Shown: positions 41,597-51,844 of the stretch, one piece after another
Layout of the letters: every line of letters starts with the position of its first letter
Position numbering within the stretch: the first letter of the stretch is position 1
Assembly: GCA_963803805.1 (NCBI GenBank)
Contig: CAWDOD010000002.1
Location: 960,001 to 1,024,000, forward strand
Reading direction: 5' to 3'
DNA from: an uncultured cyanobacterium
Lineage (GTDB): Bacteria; Cyanobacteriota; Cyanobacteriia; Cyanobacteriales; CAWCAG01
DNA: 64,000 nucleotides
Made by a program: the position numbers and the translations under genes
The notes under the pieces: model-generated
What the model was told of the DNA's origin: nothing
Databases searched by the model: none
The model's input: only the letters and a program-made list of their open reading frames with translations

Positions 41597-42577
41597 GTGG
41601 AAACCGTTCAAGATATTGGCGAACAGGGATTGCTGAAAATCCTACAAAAGTTCTGTCCCCAACATATTGTTGGAGATGACGGAGCCGTTGTAGAAACACA
41701 GAATAATCAATCTCTGGTTGTCACCACCGATGTTTTAGTTGATGGAGTCCATTTTAGCGATCGCACCACTAATGCAGAAGATGTTGGTTGGCGTTCAGCA
41801 GCCGCTAATTTATCAGATTTAGCTGCAATGGGGGCAACTCCTGTAGGTATTACCATCGGTTTGAGTTTGCCTGGAGAAGTCCCAGTTGATTGGGTTATCA
41901 AGCTTTACAAAGGAATTAATAGTTGTTTAAGCAAATATAAAACAGTAATTCTTGGTGGTGATATTTGTCGGTCTTCTGTCATCACTATTTCTATCACTGC
42001 CTTTGGTCAAGTTTCACCTCACCAAGTTATCCGTCGCCAGACCGCTAAACCAGGAGATGCCATCATGGTTACTGGTTTTCATGGTGGCTCAAAAGCAGGG
42101 CTAGAACTCCTGCTTAATCCAGAATTAGGTCAAGGACTCACCGAGGTAGAAAGAAGGGGGTTAATCGCCTTTCATCAAAGACCTCAGCCCCGATTAGATG
42201 TCTTACCTCACCTCCAATTTCCTGTCGCTGGGATGGATAGTAGCGATGGTTTGGCTGATGCGGTTATACAAATTTGTAACTGTAGCCAAGTGGGGGCAAA
42301 ACTTGAGCGCAATCTGATTACTTTTCCTGAAGCTTTACTCAAGTTAGTTTCTCCTCAACAGGCTCTAAATTGGGCTTTGTATGGAGGAGAAGATTTTGAA
42401 TTAGTACTTTGTTTACCAAAGCAAAATGCTAAAGAGTTGCTTAGTGAGTTAAATGTGGGAGCCGCAATTATTGGGGAAATAACTGACAGAAAAGAGGTTG
42501 AGTTAAGAGATAGTACTCAAGCTTTTCCCTCAGAAATTTTGACTATCTCCCAAGGCTTTCAACATTTTTCAAACTAG
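41597..42577 (+). CDS. thiL: Thiamine-monophosphate kinase
   Basis: GDDGA, DGVHF, NLSDLAAMGA, GGD, DSSDGL, GGEDFEL. Confidence 0.95.
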   Translation: METVQDIGEQGLLKILQKFCPQHIVGDDGAVVETQNNQSLVVTTDVLVDGVHFSDRTTNAEDVGWRSAAANLSDLAAMGATPVGITIGLSLPGEVPVDWVIKLYKGINSCLSKYKTVILGGDICRSSVITISITAFGQVSPHQVIRRQTAKPGDAIMVTGFHGGSKAGLELLLNPELGQGLTEVERRGLIAFHQRPQPRLDVLPHLQFPVAGMDSSDGLADAVIQICNCSQVGAKLERNLITFPEALLKLVSPQQALNWALYGGEDFELVLCLPKQNAKELLSELNVGAAIIGEITDRKEVELRDSTQAFPSEILTISQGFQHFSN

Positions 42578-42589
42578 TTGTTTTCTGTT

Positions 42590-42664
42590 TTATAAGAACT
42601 CACCAACGGCTTGTAAAACCTCTACATAAAGCTCTTCGTTTACCCAAAAGCCTGCTTCCTTTGA
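42590..42664 (-). pseudogene. C-terminal remnant resembling DUF3368 (PIN-like) proteins
   Basis: Hand translation KEAGFWVNEELYVEVLQAVGEFL*. Confidence 0.45.
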
Positions 42665-42823
42665 TTATCTAATTTTAAGATTCCATATTTTAATTGTATT
42701 GTCTTGACTTCCACTAATTAAAGTTTTGCCATCAGGACTAAATACTAAAGACTTAATATAATTTGCATGACCGTACAAGGTTTTCACAACATTTCCGACA
42801 TTCAAATCCCAACTCTTGATTAA
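42665..42823 (-). pseudogene. WD40-repeat gene remnant
   Basis: Hand translation IKSWDLNVGNVVKTLYGHANYIKSLVFSPDGKTLISGSQDNTIKIWNLKIR*; no ATG start. Confidence 0.8.
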
Positions 42824-42965
42824 GGAATTAGCCGCTCGCTTTTAGACAAGTTTTTTCTCGGTTCTTCTTTATTATTTTAGGTGGTAAAGTATTAACAATC
42901 TCTCCAAGTCAAGATCCAAACTCAACATCTAGAGCAATATTCTACCAACCATCTGAAAGGTAATT

Positions 42966-43917
42966 ATGGGAAGTTACAAGCGGATCAAAAAGCCTAGTTT
43001 TCAACCATCTAAAGTTTCACAAAATCCCAATCTACAACAAAAGCGTGAGCTATAGCCACCACAGCAACAACCAAAGGGGCAAACCCTAGAAGAGATGGAC
43101 ATTGCCAGGAAAAATGCTGAACGTCTGGGCGACCATATGTTTGATTTTTCTTCAACCCCTTCTCCAGGAGTCCAAGCGAAATTAAATGTAGGGGAAGTTG
43201 GGGATAAGTATGAACAAGAAGCGGATTCTGTCGCTGGTCAAGTAGTAGAAGAGATTAACTCTCCCCAAGGACAAGTTGAGCCAAATGTCATGCGCCAATG
43301 TTATGCTTGTGAGGGAGAAAAGGAGGAATCTTCAACTTCTTTGCAGCGTCAAGGAGACGAATTATCAAATCACAGTGCAAGAGCAACACAAGATGTTTTT
43401 GTTCGTCAGGGAGCTTATGCGTCTCAAGGTAGGCAAGTACAAAAGAAGCCAGCTAATAGCCAAAACCAAAACTCTAAGCAAAGCAGTGTATGGGAAGAGG
43501 CAGGAGGCGCTTTTTGGGGGGTTATCTGGTGGTTCGGTGCAACCTACATTGTCAATCCTACTGCTGAGTATATTGGCGATGTTTTAAGGATTGAGGAAAA
43601 TCAGGATAAAGCTCCTCAAAATCCTGACGTTGTATCTTAAGTCTTATGCCTATGAATGCACTCCTCAAGGCTTTGATCCAGATACCTGGAAGACTCTTAA
43701 CGACATGATTAGTTTGTTGAGAAAAGGCAACTCAAAAACAGTTATGAGAATAATAGAAGCTCTCAGCAATGTACCAACAGGGCAGGAGGGTTTACGCAAA
43801 CTTCATAGTCTTATATCATCCCTGACTGGGTGTGATAATTTCACAGGCGAGGAAGAAAATGCTCAACAGCTCAGTGAGCTGGCTACACTTTTAAGAATGA
43901 TCGGACCTTTCTTATAG
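42966..43917 (+). pseudogene. Decayed DUF4157 (eCIS core)-type effector gene
   Basis: ATG 42966, in-frame TAG 43053-43055, QAKLNVGEVGDKYEQEADSVA motif, collapsed DUF4157 (ARATQDVFVRQGAY, no HELTH); possible C-terminus in overlapping ORF 43591-43917. Confidence 0.65.
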
Positions 43918-43942
43918 ATATTGTAATGTAACAACATTAAGC

Positions 43943-44917
43943 ATGAAAGACAAACTTTTAAGAGTAAAACAGAATGGTGAAGTTGGTTATATTGACACCC
44001 AAGGAAAGATAGTTATACCTTGCCAATTTGATGGGGGTTCAGGCTTTTCTGAAGGATTAGCAGCAATAAAAGTTGATGGCAAATATGGTTACATCAATAC
44101 AAAAGCAGAGTGGGTTATCCCTGTTCAGTTTGAAAGAGCAGCAAGTTTTTGTGAAGGATTAGCGTTATTTGTAGTTGATAATCAATATGGTTACCTGAAC
44201 AAGAAAGGGGACTTAGCCATACCACCACAATTTGCCTATGAAGATAATCTCTTTTCTGCTTTAGAAGATCAGAGATTTCATCAAGGAAGGGCGTTATTCA
44301 AAGTAGATGGTAAGTATGGTTACATTGACCCTAGTGGCAATCAAGTTATCCCACCACAGTTTGATGATGCTTCTCCTTTTTCTGAAGGTTTAGCTGCCGT
44401 TAGGAAAGGAGAGAAAGTTGCCTATATAGATAAAAATGGACAAATAGTTGTTCCTTACCAATTCGAGAATCCTGGGTTCATGAGTACGATTATCGAAGTC
44501 TTCGGTACAAGTTTTTTTGAAGGGCTAGCGAAGGTGATAATTGATGGTAAATCAGGCTACATAAACCCTTCAGGAGAAATAGTTATAGAACCGAAATTTA
44601 ACGAGGCTCTAGCCTTTCGTGAGGGGTTAGCAGGAGTTCAAGTTAGAGATAAATATGGGTTTATAGATAAGACAGGGAAAATAGTTATAGAACCACAATT
44701 TATCTTAGTTAACTGTTTTTCTGAAGGATTAGCCAGTATAACCACAAGCTATACAGGTAAAGGTCATGGCTATGTAGATCAAACAGGGGAGATAGTTATA
44801 CCTCCACAATTTGATTCAGCAGTAGACTTTAAAGGTGGAGTAGCATCAGTATTAGTTGATTCAAAGGAAGGATACATCAACAAAAAGGGTGAATATATTT
44901 GGGAACCAACTAACTAA
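43943..44917 (+). CDS. WG (KWG-Leptospira) repeat protein
   Basis: About 8 repeats of GYID..G..VI..QF..A..FSEGLA.V. Confidence 0.92.
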   Translation: MKDKLLRVKQNGEVGYIDTQGKIVIPCQFDGGSGFSEGLAAIKVDGKYGYINTKAEWVIPVQFERAASFCEGLALFVVDNQYGYLNKKGDLAIPPQFAYEDNLFSALEDQRFHQGRALFKVDGKYGYIDPSGNQVIPPQFDDASPFSEGLAAVRKGEKVAYIDKNGQIVVPYQFENPGFMSTIIEVFGTSFFEGLAKVIIDGKSGYINPSGEIVIEPKFNEALAFREGLAGVQVRDKYGFIDKTGKIVIEPQFILVNCFSEGLASITTSYTGKGHGYVDQTGEIVIPPQFDSAVDFKGGVASVLVDSKEGYINKKGEYIWEPTN

Positions 44918-45033
44918 TGTTAAATGTTAGAAATAAAATAAAAAGTAGAGTGAGCAAAAAGTAAGAAAGTGGTTAGTTAAATTTGTTTGATGATATTTGC
45001 TCACCTTTACTCAGGAATTCCTCAATCAATTAT

Positions 45034-45095
45034 GGTGGGCAAACAAGATAGATAAACTTTTGATGCTAATTTTAAACTCAACTTGCCCACCCTAC
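45034..45095. repeat. GTAG-type REP-like inverted repeat
   Basis: GGTGGGCAA ... TTGCCCACCCTAC. Confidence 0.55.
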
Positions 45096-45107
45096 AAATT
45101 TGGCTAT

Positions 45108-45980
45108 TATTTAGACTGCTATGGCACTCATATCTAAATTAATAGAACAGTGTACCTCTTGTGAACCTCAACAGCAAGCACCTGCAATTATGGAGTTAGT
45201 AGAAATTGAAGCCTACTCTGCTGTGGCGGTTTTACTAGAATTACTGCAATCAGCAGATCAGTCAATTCGCCCAACAATAGCATATGCCCTTGGGCGTTTG
45301 GGGGAACAGGAAGTTGAGTCTGTCGGACCCGCTCTGATAGGCTTACTAAAAGATCCCGAAGTTATGGTCAGGTCAGATGCTGCGGAGTCTCTTGGCTTAC
45401 TTGCTTATCAGCCAGCAAGAAAGGCGATAGAATTATTATTGCAAAATGAGCTAGAGCCATTTGTTCGTGCTGATGCGGCTGAGACACTTGGGGATTTAGG
45501 AGATACCAAAGCCATAGATTCTTTAAAACTAGCTATGGAAGATCCTGACTCGGCTGTGCGTTCCTACACAGCAAATTCTCTGGGTTTATTAGGTTCATCC
45601 GAATTAATACCACAACTCCAAGCTTACCTGGACTCAGAAGATTATTTAGAAGTAAAAGCGGAATTGTGGGGCGCTCAATATAGGTTAGGGCGAGAAAAAG
45701 CCCTGGAAGAATTTTTGCAAGTTTTAAGGGATACTGACGAGGATTTAGCAACAAATATGTTGAATGTTTTAGATGATTTATTATCTCGTAATTTACCTCC
45801 AACAATTACTAGGGATGCAGAACATATTGATAATATTTTGAGTTTAGTTCAAAATCGTTTTTCATTGTTGTCTCCTCATGTTCAGAAGCTCAGGAATAAA
45901 TTGATTGATATACAAAGAGACAATGCTATAGCAGAGACTTAGAGAGTACAAATATTTAGACTGCTATGGCACTCATATCT
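45108..45980 (+). repeat. 28-bp direct repeats flanking the HEAT gene
   Basis: TATTTAGACTGCTATGGCACTCATATCT at 45108-45135 and 45953-45980. Confidence 0.92.
45121..45942 (+). CDS. HEAT-repeat (PBS-lyase-like) protein
   Basis: VR..AAESLG.L repeats. Confidence 0.88.
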   Translation: MALISKLIEQCTSCEPQQQAPAIMELVEIEAYSAVAVLLELLQSADQSIRPTIAYALGRLGEQEVESVGPALIGLLKDPEVMVRSDAAESLGLLAYQPARKAIELLLQNELEPFVRADAAETLGDLGDTKAIDSLKLAMEDPDSAVRSYTANSLGLLGSSELIPQLQAYLDSEDYLEVKAELWGAQYRLGREKALEEFLQVLRDTDEDLATNMLNVLDDLLSRNLPPTITRDAEHIDNILSLVQNRFSLLSPHVQKLRNKLIDIQRDNAIAET

Positions 45981-46006
45981 CCCTGGGACGATTCAGAAAG
46001 TATGGA

Positions 46007-46228
46007 TTGTTTGCCAGCCCTATCTTTACCAACTCTAGAATGGACACAACCCTTTATCCCTCTATTAGGTTGGCCTCAAGAATTATTAGAACAACCGTAG
46101 TTATAGCTGCTACAGCTATCATCATAGGAGTTGGTGTCACACTTCCTGCTTGGGGCTTAGGCGCACTGACCGCAATTGCCGCTTATCTAGGAATAACTTT
46201 GATTGACAATAGGCGAAACGCTCATTAA
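46007..46228 (+). CDS. Small hydrophobic ORF, possibly an orphan C-terminal fragment
   Basis: Ala/Gly/Ile-rich hydrophobic C-half; TTG start; overlaps the 61-bp repeat. Confidence 0.35.
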   Translation: MFASPIFTNSRMDTTLYPSIRLASRIIRTTVVIAATAIIIGVGVTLPAWGLGALTAIAAYLGITLIDNRRNAH

Positions 46229-46239
46229 ATCGATCTGAA

Positions 46240-46662
46240 GTGGAGAGCTTTGAAAAAATTTCAATTGTTTTAAAGGAATTGATGAGCAAACAAATCCAAA
46301 TAAAAATTCAACAAGCTATCACTGAAGGTAACTCTAAAAAACTCAGGGAATGCTTTTACACCCTCAGAAACTTAATGTCAGCAGGAACTGATTTTAGTTC
46401 AGAAGACCTGGATTTTTTAGCTAGCCTGGTTGAACAGCAAAAATTTCTTGACTTAGGAGGAGGATGGTATTTTGTCATGCTTTCCCAAGTTAATGGAAAA
46501 GACTTGTCCTTCAAGAAATCGAAGAAAATTAAATCTGTAATTTCTACTGCCTATGATGCCTTGAACGAAACTCCTCCAGAAATATTTTCCGAAGCTATTG
46601 AGCAAGCCATAGACCACGTGAGTTCGATGAAGTTAAAAAACAGCAGAAGGAAGTTCAGCTAG
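46240..46662 (+). pseudogene. Hypothetical protein truncated by the IS (native sequence ends at 46615)
   Basis: Last ~15 codons are read from the IS end. Confidence 0.55.
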
Positions 46663-47627
46663 GCCTTTGGGGTCAAGGTCAAGGGAAGGCTTTTTGGGCA
46701 AGAAAGTATAAGCGATTAGACCAGCTAAGAGATTAACCAAAAAATTCCAAACGCTACGGTGTCTTGAATGCTGAATCTGACAGATATTCTTGAGCTGGTC
46801 ATTAACAGTCTCAATCAGAGAACGCTTACGTAGGAGAATCTTATCCTGAAGACGCATTAACTTCGGCTTCATATTTTTCTTGCGGTGTGTAATCAGTTGT
46901 AGTCTTTGTTCATAGAGTTTCTCAAACAAATCCTGAGAAATATAACCTCGGTCGCCAAATAACTTACCAATCAAGCCATCAGCCATATCTGGCACAGGGT
47001 TACGGTCATCAGTATTACCCTCTGTAAGTTTGAAAGCAAGCAGCTCACCTTTGTCATTAATAATTAGATGTAGCTTGAAGCCATAATGCCATCCCATAGC
47101 ATTTTTGCCCCAACCTACCAAACCTTCAAAAACACGGTGGCTTTTGGAGCGATTCGGGTGGCAGACCTCAATGGGGGTAGAATCAATAAAGCTGATGCCG
47201 GTAATTTCTCCTCGAAGAGTATGTAGAAAACAGCAAAGAAGCATTAAGCTCCACGGCATTAGCTCTACGAATCGAGTGTAACTGACCAAGTTGGGAAAAG
47301 CTTTCTTCCAGTAAGGCAAGACTTGTAGAGTGTAAAATTCTTTAAAAGTGCGAAATCCCGAACCATGAAAGGCAATGACAATGGTCATCACTTCGCTTAG
47401 GCTTAGGCGGGAGCGACATAGACGCTCTCCACAAGTTGCTGTTAACATTGGCTGTTGTTGCCAATGCCTCTCAAACCTTTGATAAAAGTCATCTACCTGA
47501 CAGAATATTTGGGTGATATCGAGACGAGATACAATATTGGACATAGCATCAGATTCTGATTAAGATTCATTTTCAGCATACCTCTGATGCTTTTCTTTTC
47601 TCTCTTTTTCCTCCGTCGAACTCACGT
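46616..47627 (-). mobile_element. IS982-family insertion sequence (~1.0 kb)
   Basis: Terminal IRs ACGTGAGTTCGA (46616-46627) / TCGAACTCACGT (47616-47627) around a transposase. Confidence 0.9.
46633..47544 (-). CDS. IS982-family DDE transposase
   Basis: FIDSTP, GWHYGFKLHL, GDRGYIS, KRSLIETVNDQLK. Confidence 0.93.
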   Translation of the reverse strand: MSNIVSRLDITQIFCQVDDFYQRFERHWQQQPMLTATCGERLCRSRLSLSEVMTIVIAFHGSGFRTFKEFYTLQVLPYWKKAFPNLVSYTRFVELMPWSLMLLCCFLHTLRGEITGISFIDSTPIEVCHPNRSKSHRVFEGLVGWGKNAMGWHYGFKLHLIINDKGELLAFKLTEGNTDDRNPVPDMADGLIGKLFGDRGYISQDLFEKLYEQRLQLITHRKKNMKPKLMRLQDKILLRKRSLIETVNDQLKNICQIQHSRHRSVWNFLVNLLAGLIAYTFLPKKPSLDLDPKGLAELPSAVF

Positions 47628-47755
47628 TTTACCAACTCTAGAATGGACACAACCCTTTATCCCTCTATTAGGTTGGCCTCAAGAATTAAAAGAATAGAAA
47701 AAAGCTTTGGTAACTCACCTTATCCTGGTGACAATAACATTTTTTTATAAAATGA

Positions 47756-49384
47756 CTAAGAACTTTTAACCACAAATTCCAAAGCTTGCCCATAAGTACT
47801 ACCAAACTTAATCTGTACCCCAGAATTCAAAGCTACTTCTTGATGATGAATTCTTTGCCAACCTTGGGGTGTAGACAAAAAAGTTCCATAGCGGGAAAAA
47901 TCCCTGAGAAAATAATTCTTTTCCAAATCTTGCCCAGCAAAAATTTCTCGACAGATGATTTGGGCATGATTTTGGGAAACCCATTTTTCTTGAATTACTA
48001 AATCATTTTCCCGACGACGACCTACTCGCATCAATCCACCACGAATATTCCAAACTTTACTAGTATTATCTACAGCACGAATTGAGGCGACTAGTTTGGG
48101 TTGGGAAGATGACTTACTAGAGGCAGGCATCACAGGAAGTTCGGTAATACCTTCGTCCACAGCTTTAATCAGCTTGCCATCAAACTCCGGGTGCATATAG
48201 AGAATGGGTAAAGTCCAGGCAGGTTGATTAAACTTATAAAGAGTCAATAGCTGCTGTCTCGCCACTGCTACTGCTTGATCAATAGCCATTCTTTCACAGA
48301 GGGCTTCTGTGAGGACCTGTATAAAACTCAGGGCTTCGTCATCGGCAATAGGATCTCTCATACCTAAAACAGCCGGAACACCATGGTGAATCAATACCTC
48401 TGCTAAGCTACTACGCTTGATGGCTAATTTACCAATACGATCTGGTTGAGCGCCCCAACAAGCATTGAAAACGGCTAAAGTGACCTTATTCCTTACCAAT
48501 ACTTGGGCCAATTCTGTGCCGTTAATGGTGGCATCAGAGCGGAGAAAAAGTAGTCCCCCATCTGGGGCAGGAACACAATGTCCTGCATAAATTAAAACAT
48601 TATATTTTTCTGTTTCCAAGGCTTCAATTAAAGTAGCTGGGGTGGGCTGAATCAAAGAATCAACACAAGCAGGTACAGGATAAACAAATTTGTTTGAATC
48701 CGGCTGAAATTGATTTTCTTGTTCAATCACCTTAGCTAAGGTTGCTGCTTCTTGCTCTAGTTTGAGGGGATTAAATTGCTCATATTTTTGTTCGTCATGA
48801 CCTAAGACTAAAAGGATATTCAACACTTCTTGGGCTGGATATCGCCTCAGAGGATCAACATCATTGGTAGTACGACTAAACAAAAGCTGCTGGTTTAAAG
48901 AAATTGCTTGCTTACCTGCTTCTGGTTGCATAATTTCCCAAGGTAAGGAAATTAAATTAGGATCACGCAATTCTAGACGCAGACGAAGGGGCTTGTTTTG
49001 GCCAATGGCAATACCTTGGCTTTGAGCTAAGCTATTGCGTATTAGACCTTGAAACAGCCACTGCCACAAATTAATACCAAAGTCTTGCATTAATCGGCCG
49101 CCATACCCCTGGGAAGAATCTCCATTAGAAATATATAACTCCGGAGGGGCTGGCAGTGTAGAATTTTGGTCTAGCGGGTAAGGCAAATAGAGGTCTTCTT
49201 CAATAGAGAACATTTCTTGCCAAGCTAGCCATTTTTGGCTCAACTCTTGTGACCAAATACAGTCATGGTGAACATAACCCCCTGGAAAAGGAGCTTTGAG
49301 AACCCAAATAGCAAAGTTTTCTGACCCAGCCTGAGTCAGGCGAGCGATCGCTAGACTGAGGCTGGGAGTAAAGCCTGAAGACAT
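47756..49384 (-). CDS. CHAT-domain protein with C-terminal FHA domain
   Basis: LPWE, YAGHC, FNACWG (His/Cys dyad); FHA VGR...VSQNHA...DFSRYGT. Confidence 0.88.
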   Translation of the reverse strand: MSSGFTPSLSLAIARLTQAGSENFAIWVLKAPFPGGYVHHDCIWSQELSQKWLAWQEMFSIEEDLYLPYPLDQNSTLPAPPELYISNGDSSQGYGGRLMQDFGINLWQWLFQGLIRNSLAQSQGIAIGQNKPLRLRLELRDPNLISLPWEIMQPEAGKQAISLNQQLLFSRTTNDVDPLRRYPAQEVLNILLVLGHDEQKYEQFNPLKLEQEAATLAKVIEQENQFQPDSNKFVYPVPACVDSLIQPTPATLIEALETEKYNVLIYAGHCVPAPDGGLLFLRSDATINGTELAQVLVRNKVTLAVFNACWGAQPDRIGKLAIKRSSLAEVLIHHGVPAVLGMRDPIADDEALSFIQVLTEALCERMAIDQAVAVARQQLLTLYKFNQPAWTLPILYMHPEFDGKLIKAVDEGITELPVMPASSKSSSQPKLVASIRAVDNTSKVWNIRGGLMRVGRRRENDLVIQEKWVSQNHAQIICREIFAGQDLEKNYFLRDFSRYGTFLSTPQGWQRIHHQEVALNSGVQIKFGSTYGQALEFVVKSS

Positions 49385-49477
49385 TCCTCGCCTATATTAA
49401 GTAAAAAAGCAAGCCCATATTAATTATGAAGTATGAAGTATAAGTTTTTAAGGGACTACACCCAAATATCTATATTT

Positions 49478-51790
49478 TCACTGCGTTTCTTTAGGAGTTA
49501 TCGTAGCAGGTTTGCATTGACCTATTACTCCTTGGGCAGATAAGTTAGTTAAGCTAGTGACTTTTGCTAGTTGTGACGTTTTCACCCACCCTGTCCCTTC
49601 GGTTAATGAAGTTAGAGAGTTAGGAGATGGTGAAGGGTTAGGAGAAACTGGTTGGGAAACTTGGCAAATCTGTACTCCTGACCAAGGGGAAGATGAGGAA
49701 GAAACTGAATTGATTTGTATAATACTTCCTGAAGGAATTTCTCCAATCGCTTTAGTTTGCTCTGGGTTTTCTTGGTCTTGGGAGTAAAGAATAACTGCTT
49801 GGGAGAGTTGAAGCCGTGTTCCTACTTGCCAAGTAGATGTCTCAACCACAGGAGGAGGAGTTGCTTCTGGTGTGGGAGATACCGTAATTGTCGGAGTGGG
49901 TGTTATTTCTACTTCTCTGCTTAAAAGCCTACCTACTCTATTTTTGAAGTTGGGGTTGAAAAAATACAAAGCCATTGCCCCAACTCCAGATGCCAGAATA
50001 AACAACAGTAGTAATAAGCCGGCAAGATAGGAACGACGTGGTTGAATTTCTCTTTCTTGGGAAGTAACTGTTGGAGGAGTTTGTAAGGTGGTAGGGCTAG
50101 AAGATTGTACTTGAGTAGCTGCTCCTTGAGTATTTACTTCTTCTACCGAAGCTTTTTGGGGGACATAGGGGGCAGTAGATTTGAGGTTATTGGGGAAAGC
50201 TAAAGCTGTTTGATTAGACTCACCACTTGTTGCTTTTACTTGGCAGTAAACCAAAGCAACAGTAGCATTATCATGGCCATTTTTTTCATTGGCAATTTTG
50301 ATCAAACGCTTCGTTGAGGCGGCAACATCACCATTTTTAAGTATAGGTAGGATTTCTGTTTCCCAATACTGCTCTACTCAATCGGAATCGCTCAACCCAT
50401 CGGAACAAAGGAGAAAAATACTATCTTCATCTAAGATGACTCTTTGTACCGTAGGATGAAGGGTTTTTGAAGAACCCATACCTAAAGCTTGAACCAAAGA
50501 GCCAGAAGAAGGATTTTGTGTCGCATCCCGATAAAAAGAATAACCTAGGCGTACTTCCCTAGAAGCAACATCATCATCTATTGTGAGCTGATAACAACCT
50601 CCTGAAGTGATTAAGTAAATTCGTGAGTCTCCCACATGGGAGATGTACATTTCGTGGTAATGGGCAAAGGCAGCTACTAAGGTTGTCCCCATCCTTTGCC
50701 TTTCGTGACGCTGTTCACGATCATTAACTTCGCTAACAGTATCATTCGCCTCAGCAATAGCATTTTCCAACGAATGTACTATTTTATAAGGGTTCCAATG
50801 TTCTGGGTCAAAGGATAAATTTTCTACCCCTTCCCGCATTTTTCCAATTGCTAAAGCCGATGCCACTTCCCCCCCTTCATGGCCACCAATACCATCACAA
50901 ACAATCGCTAAAGCATCATGGTTCTGTTCCGGTATTACTAAGCGTTCAGCAGGGGGATAACAAGCATCTTCGTTGCGATCGCGGCTAGGGCCAGCATCGG
51001 TACTAGTGAAAATTTGATAACTTCTTTCCTGGGAGCGTCCGCATTTCAACCCTGCCCGGTCTAAAATGCTTACCAATTGTAGTGAATCTACTAATATTCC
51101 TTCTGTTAGTTTTGAGCAAAGTTGCTGTAAGAAATTCTCTAATATGGGGGATGCTCCAGGTAGCCAAGATTGCCATAAGTTACCCAACTCAGCTAAGGAT
51201 GGTTCTCTAGTTTTTTGCTCTAAATTTAACTGACGCAGCTTGAATACAGACCCATTCACCCTAAGTAATTCAGGAATAAGCAAGCTAGAAGCAACACCTT
51301 GATTTTTTAGGGGCAGCCACAACCTTGCCATCTGCCACAGCCAATTAATCTGTCTTAGGGCAGTTGCACCTTGCCATGCTTGTTCAATAGGGACGAAAAA
51401 ATCCCATAAAGATTGGTTAGGAAAAGTTTGTGTGGCTAAGAAACCGTACTCCAATAGCCAAATTGGTTCTTTCCCTTTGCGAGTTTGTTCTGGGAGTAAG
51501 CCATAAATTTGAGGTACATTGAAACGAAAAGGAAATAATTTCAGGTAAGGAATAACCTGACTAGGAATTTCTGTAATTGTCACAGGAGCTAGTTTTGGTT
51601 TCGTCTCTATTACCACCCCTTCTTCTTTAATCAAATAGCGGTTGGCAATTAAGGTTCCTGGTTGGTAACTTTTTATGCCTTCCCCCAAAGCATAAAGATG
51701 GAGTTTCCCAGAAGGGCTATCTTCCTTGGCACCGGACCTACTGTTTGGATTATTGGGAGAATTGAACATGGGATTACTCGATATATTCAA
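49478..51790 (-). pseudogene. Membrane-anchored PP2C-family phosphatase interrupted by an in-frame TGA at 50378-50380
   Basis: RNEDA, CDGIGGH, GTT, HVGDSR, LCSDGLSD, then *VEQYW...GHDNAT in the same frame. Confidence 0.85.
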
Positions 51791-51844
51791 CCATCACCTT
51801 TAGGGGTGCTGGGGGTGGAACTGGAATGGTGTTTATGGCAGTTC

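Larger units (their letters stand above)
46025..47688 (+). repeat. 61-bp exact direct repeats
   Basis: TTTACCAACTCTAGAATGGACACAACCCTTTATCCCTCTATTAGGTTGGCCTCAAGAATTA at 46025-46085 and 47628-47688. Confidence 0.95.

Noticed and set aside
47756-49384. CHAT protein as HetF, partner of the NsiR1-like array
   Set aside because: CHAT-FHA architecture and length differ from HetF, and it lies ~29 kb away
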